Positions 46,879 to 58,691 of a stretch of DNA of 64,000 bases are shown piece after piece (the first letter of the stretch is position 1; every line of letters starts with the position of its first letter). A model generated the notes under the pieces. The model did no database searches. It was not told the DNA's origin and saw only the letters and a list, made by a program, of their open reading frames with translations. The stretch spans positions 513,952 through 577,951 of the forward strand of contig CAXXXF010000003.1 in NCBI GenBank assembly GCA_963667175.2. Direction: 5' to 3'. The DNA comes from Candidatus Latescibacterota bacterium (lineage in GTDB: Bacteria; Latescibacterota; UBA2968; GCA-2709665). The position numbers were made by a program, and so were the translations under genes.

Positions 46879-47237
46879 GTTGTCAGCGGTACCAATTTGG
46901 AGCGCCTGATTACGCGATCCCGCGTGACCAGAGGAACGCCATATACGATGCTCGTCGCGGCGATCAACTCGTCGGCGGGGTCACTCCTGAAATCGAGTTT
47001 GACGGACGCTCGAGCTACGTTCATGTCAATTGGCAAAATCGACAGATCACGCAAAAAATTCTGGAATTTCCTACTGTACATCGGGAGTCTGAGTCCACGT
47101 TTTTCCACGAGGTACGCCAATTCGCGCAACACCATGGGACAGATCGCCCAGTCTTCATCCTGCATCAATGCGCGCTCGTCAGCGGTCAACTCCCCGTTGA
47201 ACGCGAATACAACGATATGGGTGTCAAGATTTACCAT
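46875..47237 (-). CDS. vapC: VapC PIN toxin
   Basis: LDTH, E, DPAD.LIAAT, LVTRD. Confidence 0.88.
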   Translation of the reverse strand: MVNLDTHIVVFAFNGELTADERALMQDEDWAICPMVLRELAYLVEKRGLRLPMYSRKFQNFLRDLSILPIDMNVARASVKLDFRSDPADELIAATSIVYGVPLVTRDRVIRRSKLVPLTT

Positions 47238-47455
47238 TGTCTACCCTTCTCCCACTGATCTCGGACGTCCATAATGTCGCCGTTGATCTCAATCTCGTCC
47301 TTCAAGCTCCCGATGTACTTGGCGAACTTGCTCGGGTACTTCGACAGCCTAGCGACTGGCTTACCATCGTCCGTGATAACCACTCCCTGATCGTCGAGTT
47401 CGTCGATCAACGCGAGTAGATCTTCTTGCGCCTGGTCGGTCGATATCCGTTTCAT
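47231..47455 (-). CDS. Phd/YefM antitoxin
   Basis: LLALIDEL...VVIT..GKPVARL; overlaps vapC. Confidence 0.85.
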   Translation of the reverse strand: MKRISTDQAQEDLLALIDELDDQGVVITDDGKPVARLSKYPSKFAKYIGSLKDEIEINGDIMDVRDQWEKGRQW

Positions 47456-47502
47456 CGCGGGTTCTCCTTTAGTGGTCATTGTAGCCGCGCCGGGAACAAA
47501 CG

Positions 47503-47530
47503 AAAAAGCGTGAGCCGAGTTGCCCACGCT
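47503..47530 (-). terminator. Intrinsic terminator of the 16S transcript
   Basis: AGCGTGGGC-AACTCG-GCTCACGC-TTTTT on the minus strand. Confidence 0.75.
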
Positions 47531-47844
47531 GTCGAGGTTCTTGCCAACTGAAGAGCGGATCGAACAGGCGTCGTGTGTTCGGTGTTTGGTTCCGGATTGT
47601 TTTTGAGGCCTGATCCGGAAAGGCCGTTCGGAACGCGCAACCTTTTCGAGGCATCTTCAACGTCTCCAATGAGCCCCTTGCCACGCCCCCGTTTCGTGTA
47701 TTCAGGATCGGACCGGAGTCGGATGCTGACGAATCGGGATTGGGAATCTCGCTCGAATCGGATCGGTATCGGATGCGGGTTGTGCGGTTAATTTGGGTAG
47801 TACTGTTGCCACTTTCCTGTCGTAATGAAAAGTGGGCTAGCACT

Positions 47845-49350
<1,506 letters not shown>

Positions 49351-49455
49351 ACTGACGTCTGTTCTTTCCGCTCTTCAGTTGTCAAGATGCTCACCGACTC
49401 ACGAAACCGCTTCTTGCCGTCGCAACGGCTCGATCCCGTCCATCGGTAACCCGAT

Positions 49456-49484
49456 AGTATACGCCATTTTCAATCGCGGTGCAA
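49456..49484 (-). promoter_or_regulatory. rRNA promoter
   Basis: TTGCAC-17 nt-TATACT upstream of the 16S leader. Confidence 0.8.
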
Positions 49485-49563
49485 GGTTTCGCGTCTGATC
49501 CTGCCGAAATCCGGCAACCTCGACGCGAAACCGACCATGCCATTCTTGACGCCTACCCGACCA

Positions 49564-49732
49564 TGTCATTCTGAACGGAGCGAAGCGGAGTGAAGAATCT
49601 CCTGCGGCAAACCAGCGCCCGTGATGAGATTCCTCGCTACGCTCGGTATGGCAGTCTGCGTTCGCAATCACGGCGGTGCGCGCGGCGGTCGCCCCCTTTG
49701 TCCTGCGGACATTCCCCCCGTCGAAGGGGGAA
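49564..49732. repeat. Inverted pair of TGTCATTC...GAATCT repeats plus a CCCC-type repeat
   Basis: TGTCATTCTGAACGGAGCGAAGCGGAGTGAAGAATCT; AGATTCCTCGCTACGCTCGGTATGGCA; CCCCCTTTGTCCTGCGGACATTCCCCC. Confidence 0.75.
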
Positions 49733-49951
49733 ACGCTGGTTTCTGTAACTGTTAACCACGATTTACGAACTATTCGCGTTCACTGGTGATGGGTTCGGTG
49801 TAACCTGCAATCAAGAAATGAGCGATTGTGCTCATAATTCGTTGCCTGCCTTGATCAAATCGGCGCGGTCGACCGTTGGTTCCATACCCATGAAACCAAC
49901 TCGGAGCCAAGCGTCCTTGAACGGGCAGGCATTGACAGAGGAGGTTTCGAG

Positions 49952-52078
49952 ATGAAACTCGAACCGAGGATGCACAAGAATCGAGCGTTCGCCGCAGTGT
50001 TGCTTGCGTTCGCGGCAGCAATATCGGCGTTTGCGATCGCCTGCGGTGGCGGTGAAACCGTGATCCACACCGTGGTCGTGGAGAAAGAGGTACCCGGCGA
50101 GACGGTGATCCAAACCGTCGTCGTGGAAAAGGAGGTGAAGGTCGCTGGCGAAACCGTCGTCCAAACCGTTGTCGTCGAGAAGCAAGTGCAGGTCGCGGGT
50201 GAAACCGTCGTTCAGACCGTCGTCGTCGAGAAAGAGGTGCAGGTCGCGGGCGAAACCGTCGTCCAGACCGTCGTCGTGGAAAAGGAAGTGGTTGTCGAGA
50301 AGGAAGTGGTCATGGAGGTGGAAAAAGAGGTTGAAGTCGAGAAGATCGTCGTGGCAACGGCGACTCCGATCGCAATGGCGATGATGGAGGCACCCGCTCC
50401 CCAAAGCGCGCCAGACACCGCGGAGATGGCAGTTCAGAACCGCGTCGGCCTCACCATGACCGGTTTGAACAGCACCGGCGCGCCGGACGGACCATGGAGC
50501 ATCGCCGAAGGCTTCTTCCAGCCGGGCGGACCCGTCGGTTCAAACATCGTCGATCCCGTTCTCGCGGAGACCTGGAGCGTCTCGGAAGACCTCAGCAAAA
50601 TCACCGTGAAGGTGAAGCAAGGTGTTGAGTTCCACCAGGGTTGGGGCGAGTTGACGGCGGATGATCTGGTCTGGAGCTTTAACGACTTGATCGCGCCCGA
50701 GAGCGTGCACAACCAGTCTGGCGACTACGCCGCGGTTTTCGAGCCGATGGTGAAGATCGACGACTACACCGTTGAAGTGCCGATCAAGCAGTTCACGGTC
50801 GTCTGGAACCAGGCCTACTTCAACACGTTCGCGGGTACGAACGGCACCTTTAGCAAGAAGGCTTTCGATGAAAACGGACGCGAGTGGGCGAACGAGAACA
50901 TCATCGGAACCGGCCCCTACATGCTCAAGGAGTTCATTCCTCAGAACATCGTGCGATTGGAATCGTTCCCTGGTCATCACATTCAGCCGGCGTACATGCC
51001 GTTCCTGAACGTGAACGAGGTGCCAGAAGAGTCGACGCGCATCGCGATGCTGCGTAACGGGCAGGCGGACATCGCCGACGTTTCGCTAAAGGCGATCCGC
51101 CCGTTGCTCGAGGAAGGCTTCAAGATGTCCGACAGCGGCAAGGCCGCGCAGGAAGGCATCTTCTTCGCTGGCAACTACTGGGAGCAGTACGACTACAACT
51201 GCTCACAAGGCAACAGCTCGGTTTCGTGTCCCGACATTACCGTCGGTGAACCGCAAGATGTTGAGGTGAGCCGCGAGGGTTATCAGCCGACTGAGCAGTT
51301 CCCATGGATCGGTGAATACGGCAACGAAGAGAGCATGGAACGCGCCCGGATCGTCCGGACCGCGATGTCAATCGCGATTGACAAAGAGACCATTAACGAC
51401 GTGATCGTCGATGGACTCGGCTGGCTAGTCCACGTCAACGCGTTCTCCATCCGGTCGCCGCATTGGGACGACAAGTGGAACATCGAGTACGACCCCGATG
51501 AAGCCGCAAGGATGCTCGACGAGGCCGGCTACCCGGTTGCGTCGCGCGGCATTCGATTCCAAGTCGACATGTACGTCACGCCGCACGTTGGCGGAGCGAC
51601 CGGCACCGCCGGCGAGATCCAAGCCGCGGTAGGTGCGATGTGGGACTCGTTGGGAATCCGAACCAGCTTGGTCAGACATGGCTACCCCGTTTGGCGTCCG
51701 ACGGTCGTCGACCGATCGCAGAACCAGCCGTTCTTGAGTGCCTGCGGTGGCACGGACGCCCGCGACTCAGTGCCGTGGGACTTCCCGAAGGGTGTCGTGT
51801 TCACAACGCTGTCGCGAGGCGGTTTCAGTTGCGCGATGGAGATCCCGTACGTCCTCGAGAACTACCTGCGGACCGCGGGCGAGTTGGACAAAGCGAAGCG
51901 CATCGCTAACAACACCGAGCTGCTCGAGTACTACCGACACTGGCGTCTGAACTCTGGAATCGCAGCGATTCCGGAACCGCTAGTTTGGAACCCGAACTCG
52001 ATCTCGTCTTGGGAGATGAGGGCCAATGCCGCCGGCACGCACATCGTCTCGCTCGACCTGATCAAGCCAGCTCAATAA
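49952..52078 (+). CDS. ABC transporter substrate-binding lipoprotein (family 5) with tandem [14 protein letters not shown] repeats
   Basis: AIAC lipobox; LAETWSVS.D, GVEFH.G..LTADD, IGTGPY, YDPDEA..LDEAGY. Confidence 0.9.
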   Translation: MKLEPRMHKNRAFAAVLLAFAAAISAFAIACGGGETVIHTVVVEKEVPGETVIQTVVVEKEVKVAGETVVQTVVVEKQVQVAGETVVQTVVVEKEVQVAGETVVQTVVVEKEVVVEKEVVMEVEKEVEVEKIVVATATPIAMAMMEAPAPQSAPDTAEMAVQNRVGLTMTGLNSTGAPDGPWSIAEGFFQPGGPVGSNIVDPVLAETWSVSEDLSKITVKVKQGVEFHQGWGELTADDLVWSFNDLIAPESVHNQSGDYAAVFEPMVKIDDYTVEVPIKQFTVVWNQAYFNTFAGTNGTFSKKAFDENGREWANENIIGTGPYMLKEFIPQNIVRLESFPGHHIQPAYMPFLNVNEVPEESTRIAMLRNGQADIADVSLKAIRPLLEEGFKMSDSGKAAQEGIFFAGNYWEQYDYNCSQGNSSVSCPDITVGEPQDVEVSREGYQPTEQFPWIGEYGNEESMERARIVRTAMSIAIDKETINDVIVDGLGWLVHVNAFSIRSPHWDDKWNIEYDPDEAARMLDEAGYPVASRGIRFQVDMYVTPHVGGATGTAGEIQAAVGAMWDSLGIRTSLVRHGYPVWRPTVVDRSQNQPFLSACGGTDARDSVPWDFPKGVVFTTLSRGGFSCAMEIPYVLENYLRTAGELDKAKRIANNTELLEYYRHWRLNSGIAAIPEPLVWNPNSISSWEMRANAAGTHIVSLDLIKPAQ

Positions 52079-52111
52079 GCACCCCGACAAGGTCGGACTC
52101 GATCAGATCCT

Positions 52112-52144
52112 GCCCCCACGTTGCGGCGAACGTAACGTGGGGGC
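52112..52144 (+). other. Intercistronic hairpin after the binding-protein gene
   Basis: GCCCCCACGTTGCG...CGTAACGTGGGGGC inverted repeat without a T-tract. Confidence 0.55.
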
Positions 52145-52191
52145 GGGTCGTTGCGCGCGTAACCTATGGTTTGGGATGACCTCATTACCCG

Positions 52192-53127
52192 ATGAGAAGG
52201 TATCTGATAAGGCGTCTGTTGGCATCAGTGGTGACGGTGATCGGCGCGACGTTCGTAGTCTTCGCCCTTTCGCGCGTCGCCGGCGATCCGTTGCTGCTCT
52301 ACGCGAATCCAGAGGGTTACGGGCGAACTCCCGAACAGATCAAGGCTCTTGAGAAACATCTCGGATTAGACAAACCCTTCATCATCCAGTACCTCGTCTG
52401 GGTCGGGCACACAATTCAAGGCGACCTAGGGCAATCGCTAGCCGGCGAGCGTCGCGTTTCAAAGGTAATACTCGAAAAGGTCGGCGCGACGACGCAACTC
52501 GCCATCGCCGGATGGGTGTTAGCGACGTTTGTAGGCGTGCCTATCGGGATCATCTCCGCGGTCTACCGCGGGACCATCTGGGACTACATCGGACGATTCG
52601 TCGCGCTATTTGGTCAGGCGATACCGAACTTCTGGTTAGGTATCGTGATGGTTTTGTTGTTTTCCGTCTGGCAGGAGTGGCTGCCGAGCGGGTTGCGCGG
52701 CGAAGGATTTGACATCAAGCACTTCATCATGCCGGCAATCGTCGTCGGAACCAGTTCGATGGCGGGGTACTTGAGGATCACTAGGTCCTCGATGTTGGAA
52801 ATTCTGGATTCGGAGTTCATCAGGTTGGCGCGCGGAAAGGGCGCGGGCCCCACCGTCGTGATTTGGAAACACGCTCTGAGGAACTCGTTGATTCAGCCGA
52901 TCACGCTGTCAACGCTGTTGCTGGCAGGGCTGTTGAACGGCACTTTGGTCGCCGAGGCGGTTTTCGCCTGGCCCGGTCTCGGTCGCACGATGCTTGAAGC
53001 CGTCAACAACAACGACTTCCCAGTTCTCACCGGCGGTGTCTTGGTGTTCGTCATCATCTACGTCGTGTTCAGTCTCGTCGCTGATCTGCTCTACATCGTC
53101 GTCGATCCTCGTATCCGTTACACGTAA
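52192..53127 (+). CDS. Peptide/nickel ABC permease, DppB-like
   Basis: GLDKP...QY, IPNFW, TRSSMLE.L, ARGKG, HALRN, F.WPGLG, DPRIR. Confidence 0.92.
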   Translation: MRRYLIRRLLASVVTVIGATFVVFALSRVAGDPLLLYANPEGYGRTPEQIKALEKHLGLDKPFIIQYLVWVGHTIQGDLGQSLAGERRVSKVILEKVGATTQLAIAGWVLATFVGVPIGIISAVYRGTIWDYIGRFVALFGQAIPNFWLGIVMVLLFSVWQEWLPSGLRGEGFDIKHFIMPAIVVGTSSMAGYLRITRSSMLEILDSEFIRLARGKGAGPTVVIWKHALRNSLIQPITLSTLLLAGLLNGTLVAEAVFAWPGLGRTMLEAVNNNDFPVLTGGVLVFVIIYVVFSLVADLLYIVVDPRIRYT

Positions 53128-53136
53128 GACTTACCC

Positions 53137-54072
53137 ATGTCCGAGGTCTCGACACACTACTACTCTGATGCCCAAGCCACGGGACGCAGTGGAAAGACCG
53201 TGTCGCCGTTCGGCCGGTTCTATTCGTTTATGCGTCGGTGGCCGGTGTTGCCCGGCATCGTATTGGCGGCGTTAGTGTTGTCGGCGATATTCGCACCGTG
53301 GGTCGCGCCGCAGGCGCCGAATGTTCAAGCCTTGCGGGACCGGAACGCGCCGCCTATCTGGATGGCGGATGAAGATGGGAAATGGACACAGAGTTATCTT
53401 TTGGGCGCGGATCAGGTGGGACGCGACGTTCTGAGTCGGATCATCTACGGCGCGCGGATATCGCTCGCGGTCGCCGGCGTCGCGTTGCTGAGCGGATTGC
53501 TCGTCGGCGTCACGCTCGGCTTGGTCGCGGCATGGTACGGAGGCGTCATCGACGAGTTGATCGCGCGGGCAGTTGACATCTGGCACGCGCTGCCCTTTTT
53601 GCTCGTCGCCATCGTCGTCGTTACGTTGTTTGGAGGCAGTTTGACCGTCCTGATGGGCGTATTGGCGATGGTCTCCTGGGCCGGGTTCGTTCGCAACGTT
53701 CGAGCAGACGTCTTGACGTTGCGTGAGCGAGAATACGTTTTGATGGCAAGAGTTTGCGGCGCATCACCCGCAAGGGTCATCGTCCGGCACATACTGCCCG
53801 GCGTGGTACCGACGATCATGGTAATCGCAACATTGGCAGTCGGCGGATTGATCCTAACTGAAGCGACATTGAGTTTCTTGGGCGCCGGCATCCCAGCCCC
53901 TACGCCCTCTTGGGGATTGATGGTCTCCGAAGGACGCGAATATCTCACCACTGCTTGGTGGTCATCCTTCTTCCCCGGATTAGCCATCTTCCTAGTCGTC
54001 ATGTCCCTAAACTTCATGGGCGACTGGATCCGAGACTTCACCGACCCCAGACTGCGCCAACTAGGCGATTAA
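53137..54072 (+). CDS. Peptide/nickel ABC permease, DppC-like
   Basis: LGADQVGRD.LSRIIYGARISL, EREYV, RHILP, EATLSFLG, PSWG. Confidence 0.92.
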   Translation: MSEVSTHYYSDAQATGRSGKTVSPFGRFYSFMRRWPVLPGIVLAALVLSAIFAPWVAPQAPNVQALRDRNAPPIWMADEDGKWTQSYLLGADQVGRDVLSRIIYGARISLAVAGVALLSGLLVGVTLGLVAAWYGGVIDELIARAVDIWHALPFLLVAIVVVTLFGGSLTVLMGVLAMVSWAGFVRNVRADVLTLREREYVLMARVCGASPARVIVRHILPGVVPTIMVIATLAVGGLILTEATLSFLGAGIPAPTPSWGLMVSEGREYLTTAWWSSFFPGLAIFLVVMSLNFMGDWIRDFTDPRLRQLGD

Positions 54073-54083
54073 AGCGGCGTACC

Positions 54084-54576
54084 GGTTGCCCCCATTCATG
54101 GGGGAAATGTCCGAAGGACAAAGGGGGCCCGCTAGCAGGCGCTACACCAACGTAGGGGCACGCCCTTGTGGCTGCCCCGGGGCGGGGTGGGGTACGCCAA
54201 ACGCACCACGATCATCAACGTCCCACCACGACGCCGAACCCGGCCATCGTTCCGCGCGCAATACCCCGTCATTCCAAACGCCGAACCCTGTCATTCCGAA
54301 ACGCAACAGCCCTTCATTCCAAACGCAGCACCATGTCATTCCGAGCGCGCCCCCTGTCATTCCGAGCGGAGCGAGGAATCTCGGCGTGATGCGCGAGGTC
54401 TGGCGGTTAGGTGCGCTTGGCGTACCCCACCCCGCCCCGGGGCAGCCACAAGGGCGTGCCCCTACGGGCGCGTTGCACAACGTCGTCATTCCGACGAAAG
54501 TCGGAATCCACCGCCAAACATCACGCGGTACGCCAAACCCCAACGTAGGGGCACGCCCTTGTGGCTGCCCCTACGG
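54084..54576. repeat. Composite REP/REPIN-like region
   Basis: ~50-bp inverted GTAG-type repeats (54151-54200 and 54417-54466), a third copy near 54544, five ~22-nt TCATTCC tandem units (54267-54382), CGTC palindrome at 54484-54510. Confidence 0.85.
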
Positions 54577-54712
54577 GTGCGTCGTTGTTTGGCACCGTTC
54601 GCGGAACGGCTGAAAATCGTCTGGCGCGGAGTTTCGCAACCGTTTGCTTGAGGGGTTAAACTTTACTGCGTAAGTTTGACGAGTGTCATGAATGATAGGA
54701 GAGACTTAGGCC

Positions 54713-56170
54713 ATGACGACTATGGCAAGTACTCGTGAAGATGTAGCCCTGATCGCGCATTTGCTGCGCCGTGCCGGGTTCGGCGCCACGCCCGATGAGT
54801 TGGATCGCGCAATCGATGCGGGTTACGACGCCACGCTCGAATCGCTGTTGAGTCCCGTCGAAGATGACGAATTGCCGTTAGACCTGATACGGCGTTATTT
54901 CGTCGATCAGTCTGACCTGCGGAGCCAACCGGCCTGCGCGGCGCATTGGATGTATCAGCTGGTTTACACCCAAGCTCCGTTACGCGAGAAGATGTGCCTT
55001 TTCTGGCACCGCGTCTTTGCCACCGGCGCGCACAAACTGATTCAAGGGCGCGTGGTGCTGAACCAGATCGACATGTTCCGGCAATTCGGCATGGGACGTT
55101 TCGACGAGTTGCTGCTCCAACTCTCGAAAGACCCGGCGATGCTGATGTGGCTCGACAACCAAGACAACCACGCCACCTCGATCAACGAGAACTACGGCCG
55201 GGAAATCCTCGAGCTCTTCGCCATGGGCGTCGGCAACTACACCGAGGACGACATCAAGGAATGCGCCCGCGCCTTCACCGGTTGGCGCGTCGTCAACCCC
55301 GATTACATGTCGATCAAGATGCGCAACAACACCGCGCGTCCCTACGGCTACATCTCTTGGCAGTTCGAGTACGACGACGAAGACCACGACCATGACGACA
55401 AGACTTTGCTCGGCGTCACTGGCGATCTGAACGGCGAAGATGCGGTTGACATCATCTGCCGCCAAGAAGCGACGCCCCGATTCATCGCCCGACATCTCTA
55501 TCACTTCTTCGTCGCCGACGAACTGCCGGTTCCGCAGTGGCCGCACATGCCGCCGAAAGAGCCGGAAGCCATCCAATTGATGGTCGATGCCTACTTCGAA
55601 TCCGACTACAGCATCACCGAGATGCTCCGCGCGCTGTTCCAGTCCGACTTTTTCAAATCCGAGTCGGCTCGATACGCGCGCATCAAGAGTCCCGCCGAGA
55701 TGGTCGTCGGAACGTTGCGACTCGCCGGCGGTTTGGAAGTTCCTTCGTCAGACGCGTACACCGCCGCAGCTACCTGCGCCAACATGGGTCAAGCACTGCT
55801 CAATCCGCCGAGCGTCGAAGGATGGCAAGGCGGCGAAGAGTGGATCAACACCGGCGCATACGTCCAGCGCGTCAACTTCGCCAGCGCGACGCTCGACGAT
55901 CCCGACAAACCCGGCATCAGATCGATCATCGATCGCGTCCGCGTATCGACCGGCGCATCCGAACTGACCGCCGAAGAATTGGTGGACCGATGTTTGGAGA
56001 TTCTGGGCCCGATCGAGACGATGGAATCGACGCGGCAAGGCATCATCAACTACGCCGCCAAGTACGGCAACATCAGCTTTGGCAATGATGCCGCAATCGA
56101 AAACGCCGAAAACGCGATTGTCGCGGTGTTGCAAATCATCGTCGCGACGCAGGAATATCAGACGGTCTAG
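54713..56170 (+). CDS. DUF1800 family protein
   Basis: HLLRRAGFG, LREKM.LFWH..FAT, DPAML.WLDN, NENYGRE..ELF.MG, ARAFTGW, PPSVEGW. Confidence 0.9.
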   Translation: MTTMASTREDVALIAHLLRRAGFGATPDELDRAIDAGYDATLESLLSPVEDDELPLDLIRRYFVDQSDLRSQPACAAHWMYQLVYTQAPLREKMCLFWHRVFATGAHKLIQGRVVLNQIDMFRQFGMGRFDELLLQLSKDPAMLMWLDNQDNHATSINENYGREILELFAMGVGNYTEDDIKECARAFTGWRVVNPDYMSIKMRNNTARPYGYISWQFEYDDEDHDHDDKTLLGVTGDLNGEDAVDIICRQEATPRFIARHLYHFFVADELPVPQWPHMPPKEPEAIQLMVDAYFESDYSITEMLRALFQSDFFKSESARYARIKSPAEMVVGTLRLAGGLEVPSSDAYTAAATCANMGQALLNPPSVEGWQGGEEWINTGAYVQRVNFASATLDDPDKPGIRSIIDRVRVSTGASELTAEELVDRCLEILGPIETMESTRQGIINYAAKYGNISFGNDAAIENAENAIVAVLQIIVATQEYQTV

Positions 56171-56178
56171 GTTCAATC

Positions 56179-57198
56179 ATGTTGACGAAGACGAAAACCA
56201 AGTTCGGTATCAAGTACCTCGACACGATCGGTTTCAACGCCGATCAAGGTGGTCGTGGCTTTCACCTGCCCACCGACATGGTGATCCGCGACGACGGCGT
56301 AATCTTTGTCGTCAGCCGATCCAACACCGTCGCGCTCAACATCGTCGGCATTCAGATGGTCAAACTCGATCACTCCTTTTTGGGTCAGGTCGGCGGATAC
56401 GGCCGCGACTTGGGGGACATGATCGCCCCCACCGCGCTCGCGTTGGACGCCGACGACAACCTTTACCTCGCCGACGAGGTGCTGCAACGTATCACCGTTT
56501 ACAACCGAGATGGCGACCCGCGTGCGATGTGGGGAACCGTCGGCGACGGGGATGGCGAGTTCGACGCACCTTCCGGCATCGTTTTCGACGCCGACGACAA
56601 CCTGTTGCTCGTCGATCACAAGAACCATCGCGTGCAGAAACTCACCAAAGGCGGCGATTTCATCGACAAGTTCGGGGAGTTCGGCGACGGTGAAGGCGAG
56701 CTCAATCTGCCCTGGGGCATTGCGCTCGATCCTGACGGTGACGTATTGGTAGCCGATTGGCGCAACGATCGCATTCAGCGATTCACCGCGGACGGCGAGT
56801 TTCTTGCGGCGTATGGTTGCGGCGGTGATGGCGATGGCGAGTTCCATCGACCCAGCCGAGTGGCAACCGATTCAGACGGCAACATCTACGTCGCCGACTG
56901 GGGCAACCAGCGCGTGCAAATCCTCGATCCGGATGGCGAATTCCTCACCAAACTTCAGGGCGAGGCGACGCTCTCGAAGTGGTCCGAGGAGTACCTCGAT
57001 TCGCAGCAAGACGAATTCCGGGCGCGGTCGACATTCCAAGAGTATTTCGATGTCGATACCGACGACAAGAGCGAAATTGCCGCCCGCATCGAACCCTATT
57101 TCTGGGACCCGGTAACCGTCGCGATAGATAAAGCAGACCGATCCTACGTCCTCGAAACCTGCCGCCACCGGTTCCAGGTCTACGAGCGCGTCAGTTGA
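56179..57198 (+). CDS. NHL-repeat beta-propeller protein
   Basis: Repeated G.GDGEF..P.GIA.D.DG..YVADW.N.RIQ. Confidence 0.88.
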   Translation: MLTKTKTKFGIKYLDTIGFNADQGGRGFHLPTDMVIRDDGVIFVVSRSNTVALNIVGIQMVKLDHSFLGQVGGYGRDLGDMIAPTALALDADDNLYLADEVLQRITVYNRDGDPRAMWGTVGDGDGEFDAPSGIVFDADDNLLLVDHKNHRVQKLTKGGDFIDKFGEFGDGEGELNLPWGIALDPDGDVLVADWRNDRIQRFTADGEFLAAYGCGGDGDGEFHRPSRVATDSDGNIYVADWGNQRVQILDPDGEFLTKLQGEATLSKWSEEYLDSQQDEFRARSTFQEYFDVDTDDKSEIAARIEPYFWDPVTVAIDKADRSYVLETCRHRFQVYERVS

Positions 57199-58589
57199 AC
57201 TCGGCAAGCCGCGACTTACGTCGTCCGTTCATGCGCGCCGCCTCTGCCCTTGTTCTCACCGCGTCTCTCTGCGCGGCATCGATCCTCATCACGGCTTGCG
57301 CGCCACAAGAACCGGTCGTCCACACCGTTCTGGTCGACAACCGAGTCGAAGTGCCGGCAACCGTTATTGTCAAGGAAGTCGAACTCGTCGAGGTGCCAGT
57401 GCCTGAAACGGTGCTAGTGGAGAAACAGGTTGCGTTCGAGGTGGAGGTGCCCGAGACCGTCATCGTCGAGAAAGAGGTGACCGTCGAAGTGCCAGTTACC
57501 GTTCTCGTAGATCACGCCGTCGAAGTCGAGGTGCCGGCGACTGTTCTCGTCGAAAAGGTGGTCGAGGTAGAGAAGGTTGTTGAGATTGAAAAACCGGCCA
57601 CGGTAATCGTCGATCGGGTCATCGAGGTTGTAAAGATCGTCGAAGTCGAAGTGGAGACCACCGTCATCGTCGAAAAAGTAGCCGAACACTACATCGTTCA
57701 AACCGTCGTCGTCGAAAAGGAAGTTCCGGTCCAAGTCATTGTCGAAGTCGAGGTCCCGGTAACCCCTACCCCCGAAATCGCGCCCGCGAACGACACGCCG
57801 CGCATCGCGTTCAGCTCTAACCGCGATGGCAATATCGAGATCTACGTCATGAATACCGACGGATCAGAGGTTACGAGACTCACCGATGACAGTGCCGATG
57901 ATTACCATCCCGCCTGGTCTCCTGACGGACAACGCATCGCCTTCGATTCCAACCGTGACGGATTTTTCGACATCCAAGTCATGAATGCCGACGGTACCGG
58001 CATCACCCAACTCACCGACAATCTTTTTCGCGACTGGTCACCCGCGTGGTCTCCGGACGGTCAACGCATCGCATTCCTTTCCAACCGCGACGGCGGTGAA
58101 GAAATCTACGTCATGAACGCAGATGGCACCAACGTTACGCGGCTCACCGACAACAACGCTGATGACACAGCGCCGGCATGGTCACCAAATGGACAAAGAA
58201 TCGCGTTTCAATCCAATCGCGATGGGTACTACCGGATTTACACGATGAATCACGACGGATCAGACGTCCTTCAGGTCAGATATCCAGTTCGCTTTGAGTT
58301 GGCGTTAATGCCCGCGTGGTCGCCGGACGGCAAACGCATCGCATTCTACGCGAGCGGTGAAGACGATTACGAAATCTTCGTTACGGACGTTGATGGAGAG
58401 AATATCCAGCAACTCACCTCCAACGACACCACCGATTGGGCGCCGGAATGGGCGCCGGACGGCAAACGCATCGCCTTCGTTTCCGATCGCGACGGCGACG
58501 AAGAAATCTACGTCATGAACGCCGACGGCACCGGCCTCGTCCAACTCACCGACAACGATCACATCGATCGATCTCCGTCCTGGCGATGA
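57195..58589 (+). CDS. Lipoprotein with Val/Glu-rich (VEVP) stalk and TolB/PD40 propeller (start may be 57231)
   Basis: ITAC lipobox; VEK/VEVP repeats; repeated [24 protein letters not shown]. Confidence 0.85.
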   Translation: MNSASRDLRRPFMRAASALVLTASLCAASILITACAPQEPVVHTVLVDNRVEVPATVIVKEVELVEVPVPETVLVEKQVAFEVEVPETVIVEKEVTVEVPVTVLVDHAVEVEVPATVLVEKVVEVEKVVEIEKPATVIVDRVIEVVKIVEVEVETTVIVEKVAEHYIVQTVVVEKEVPVQVIVEVEVPVTPTPEIAPANDTPRIAFSSNRDGNIEIYVMNTDGSEVTRLTDDSADDYHPAWSPDGQRIAFDSNRDGFFDIQVMNADGTGITQLTDNLFRDWSPAWSPDGQRIAFLSNRDGGEEIYVMNADGTNVTRLTDNNADDTAPAWSPNGQRIAFQSNRDGYYRIYTMNHDGSDVLQVRYPVRFELALMPAWSPDGKRIAFYASGEDDYEIFVTDVDGENIQQLTSNDTTDWAPEWAPDGKRIAFVSDRDGDEEIYVMNADGTGLVQLTDNDHIDRSPSWR

Positions 58590-58691
58590 CGATCCCGCGC
58601 ATCAACGTCGCGAACGATTAAACTACAATCCAACTACTGAAAACTTCCGATACGGCAATCCGATCCCGCCCGCGTCCCCACGGAGAATCCC

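Noticed and set aside
50051-50300. Regular DNA repeats as a CRISPR array
   Set aside because: In-frame coding repeats with no unique spacers
54267-54382. Possible CRISPR-like array
   Set aside because: The period is only ~22 nt, units are degenerate pieces of a REP-like repeat, and no cas genes are present
54086-54651. ORFs over repeat clusters (also 7605-7987 and 34745-35074)
   Set aside because: Translations of palindromic repeats with no protein-family features
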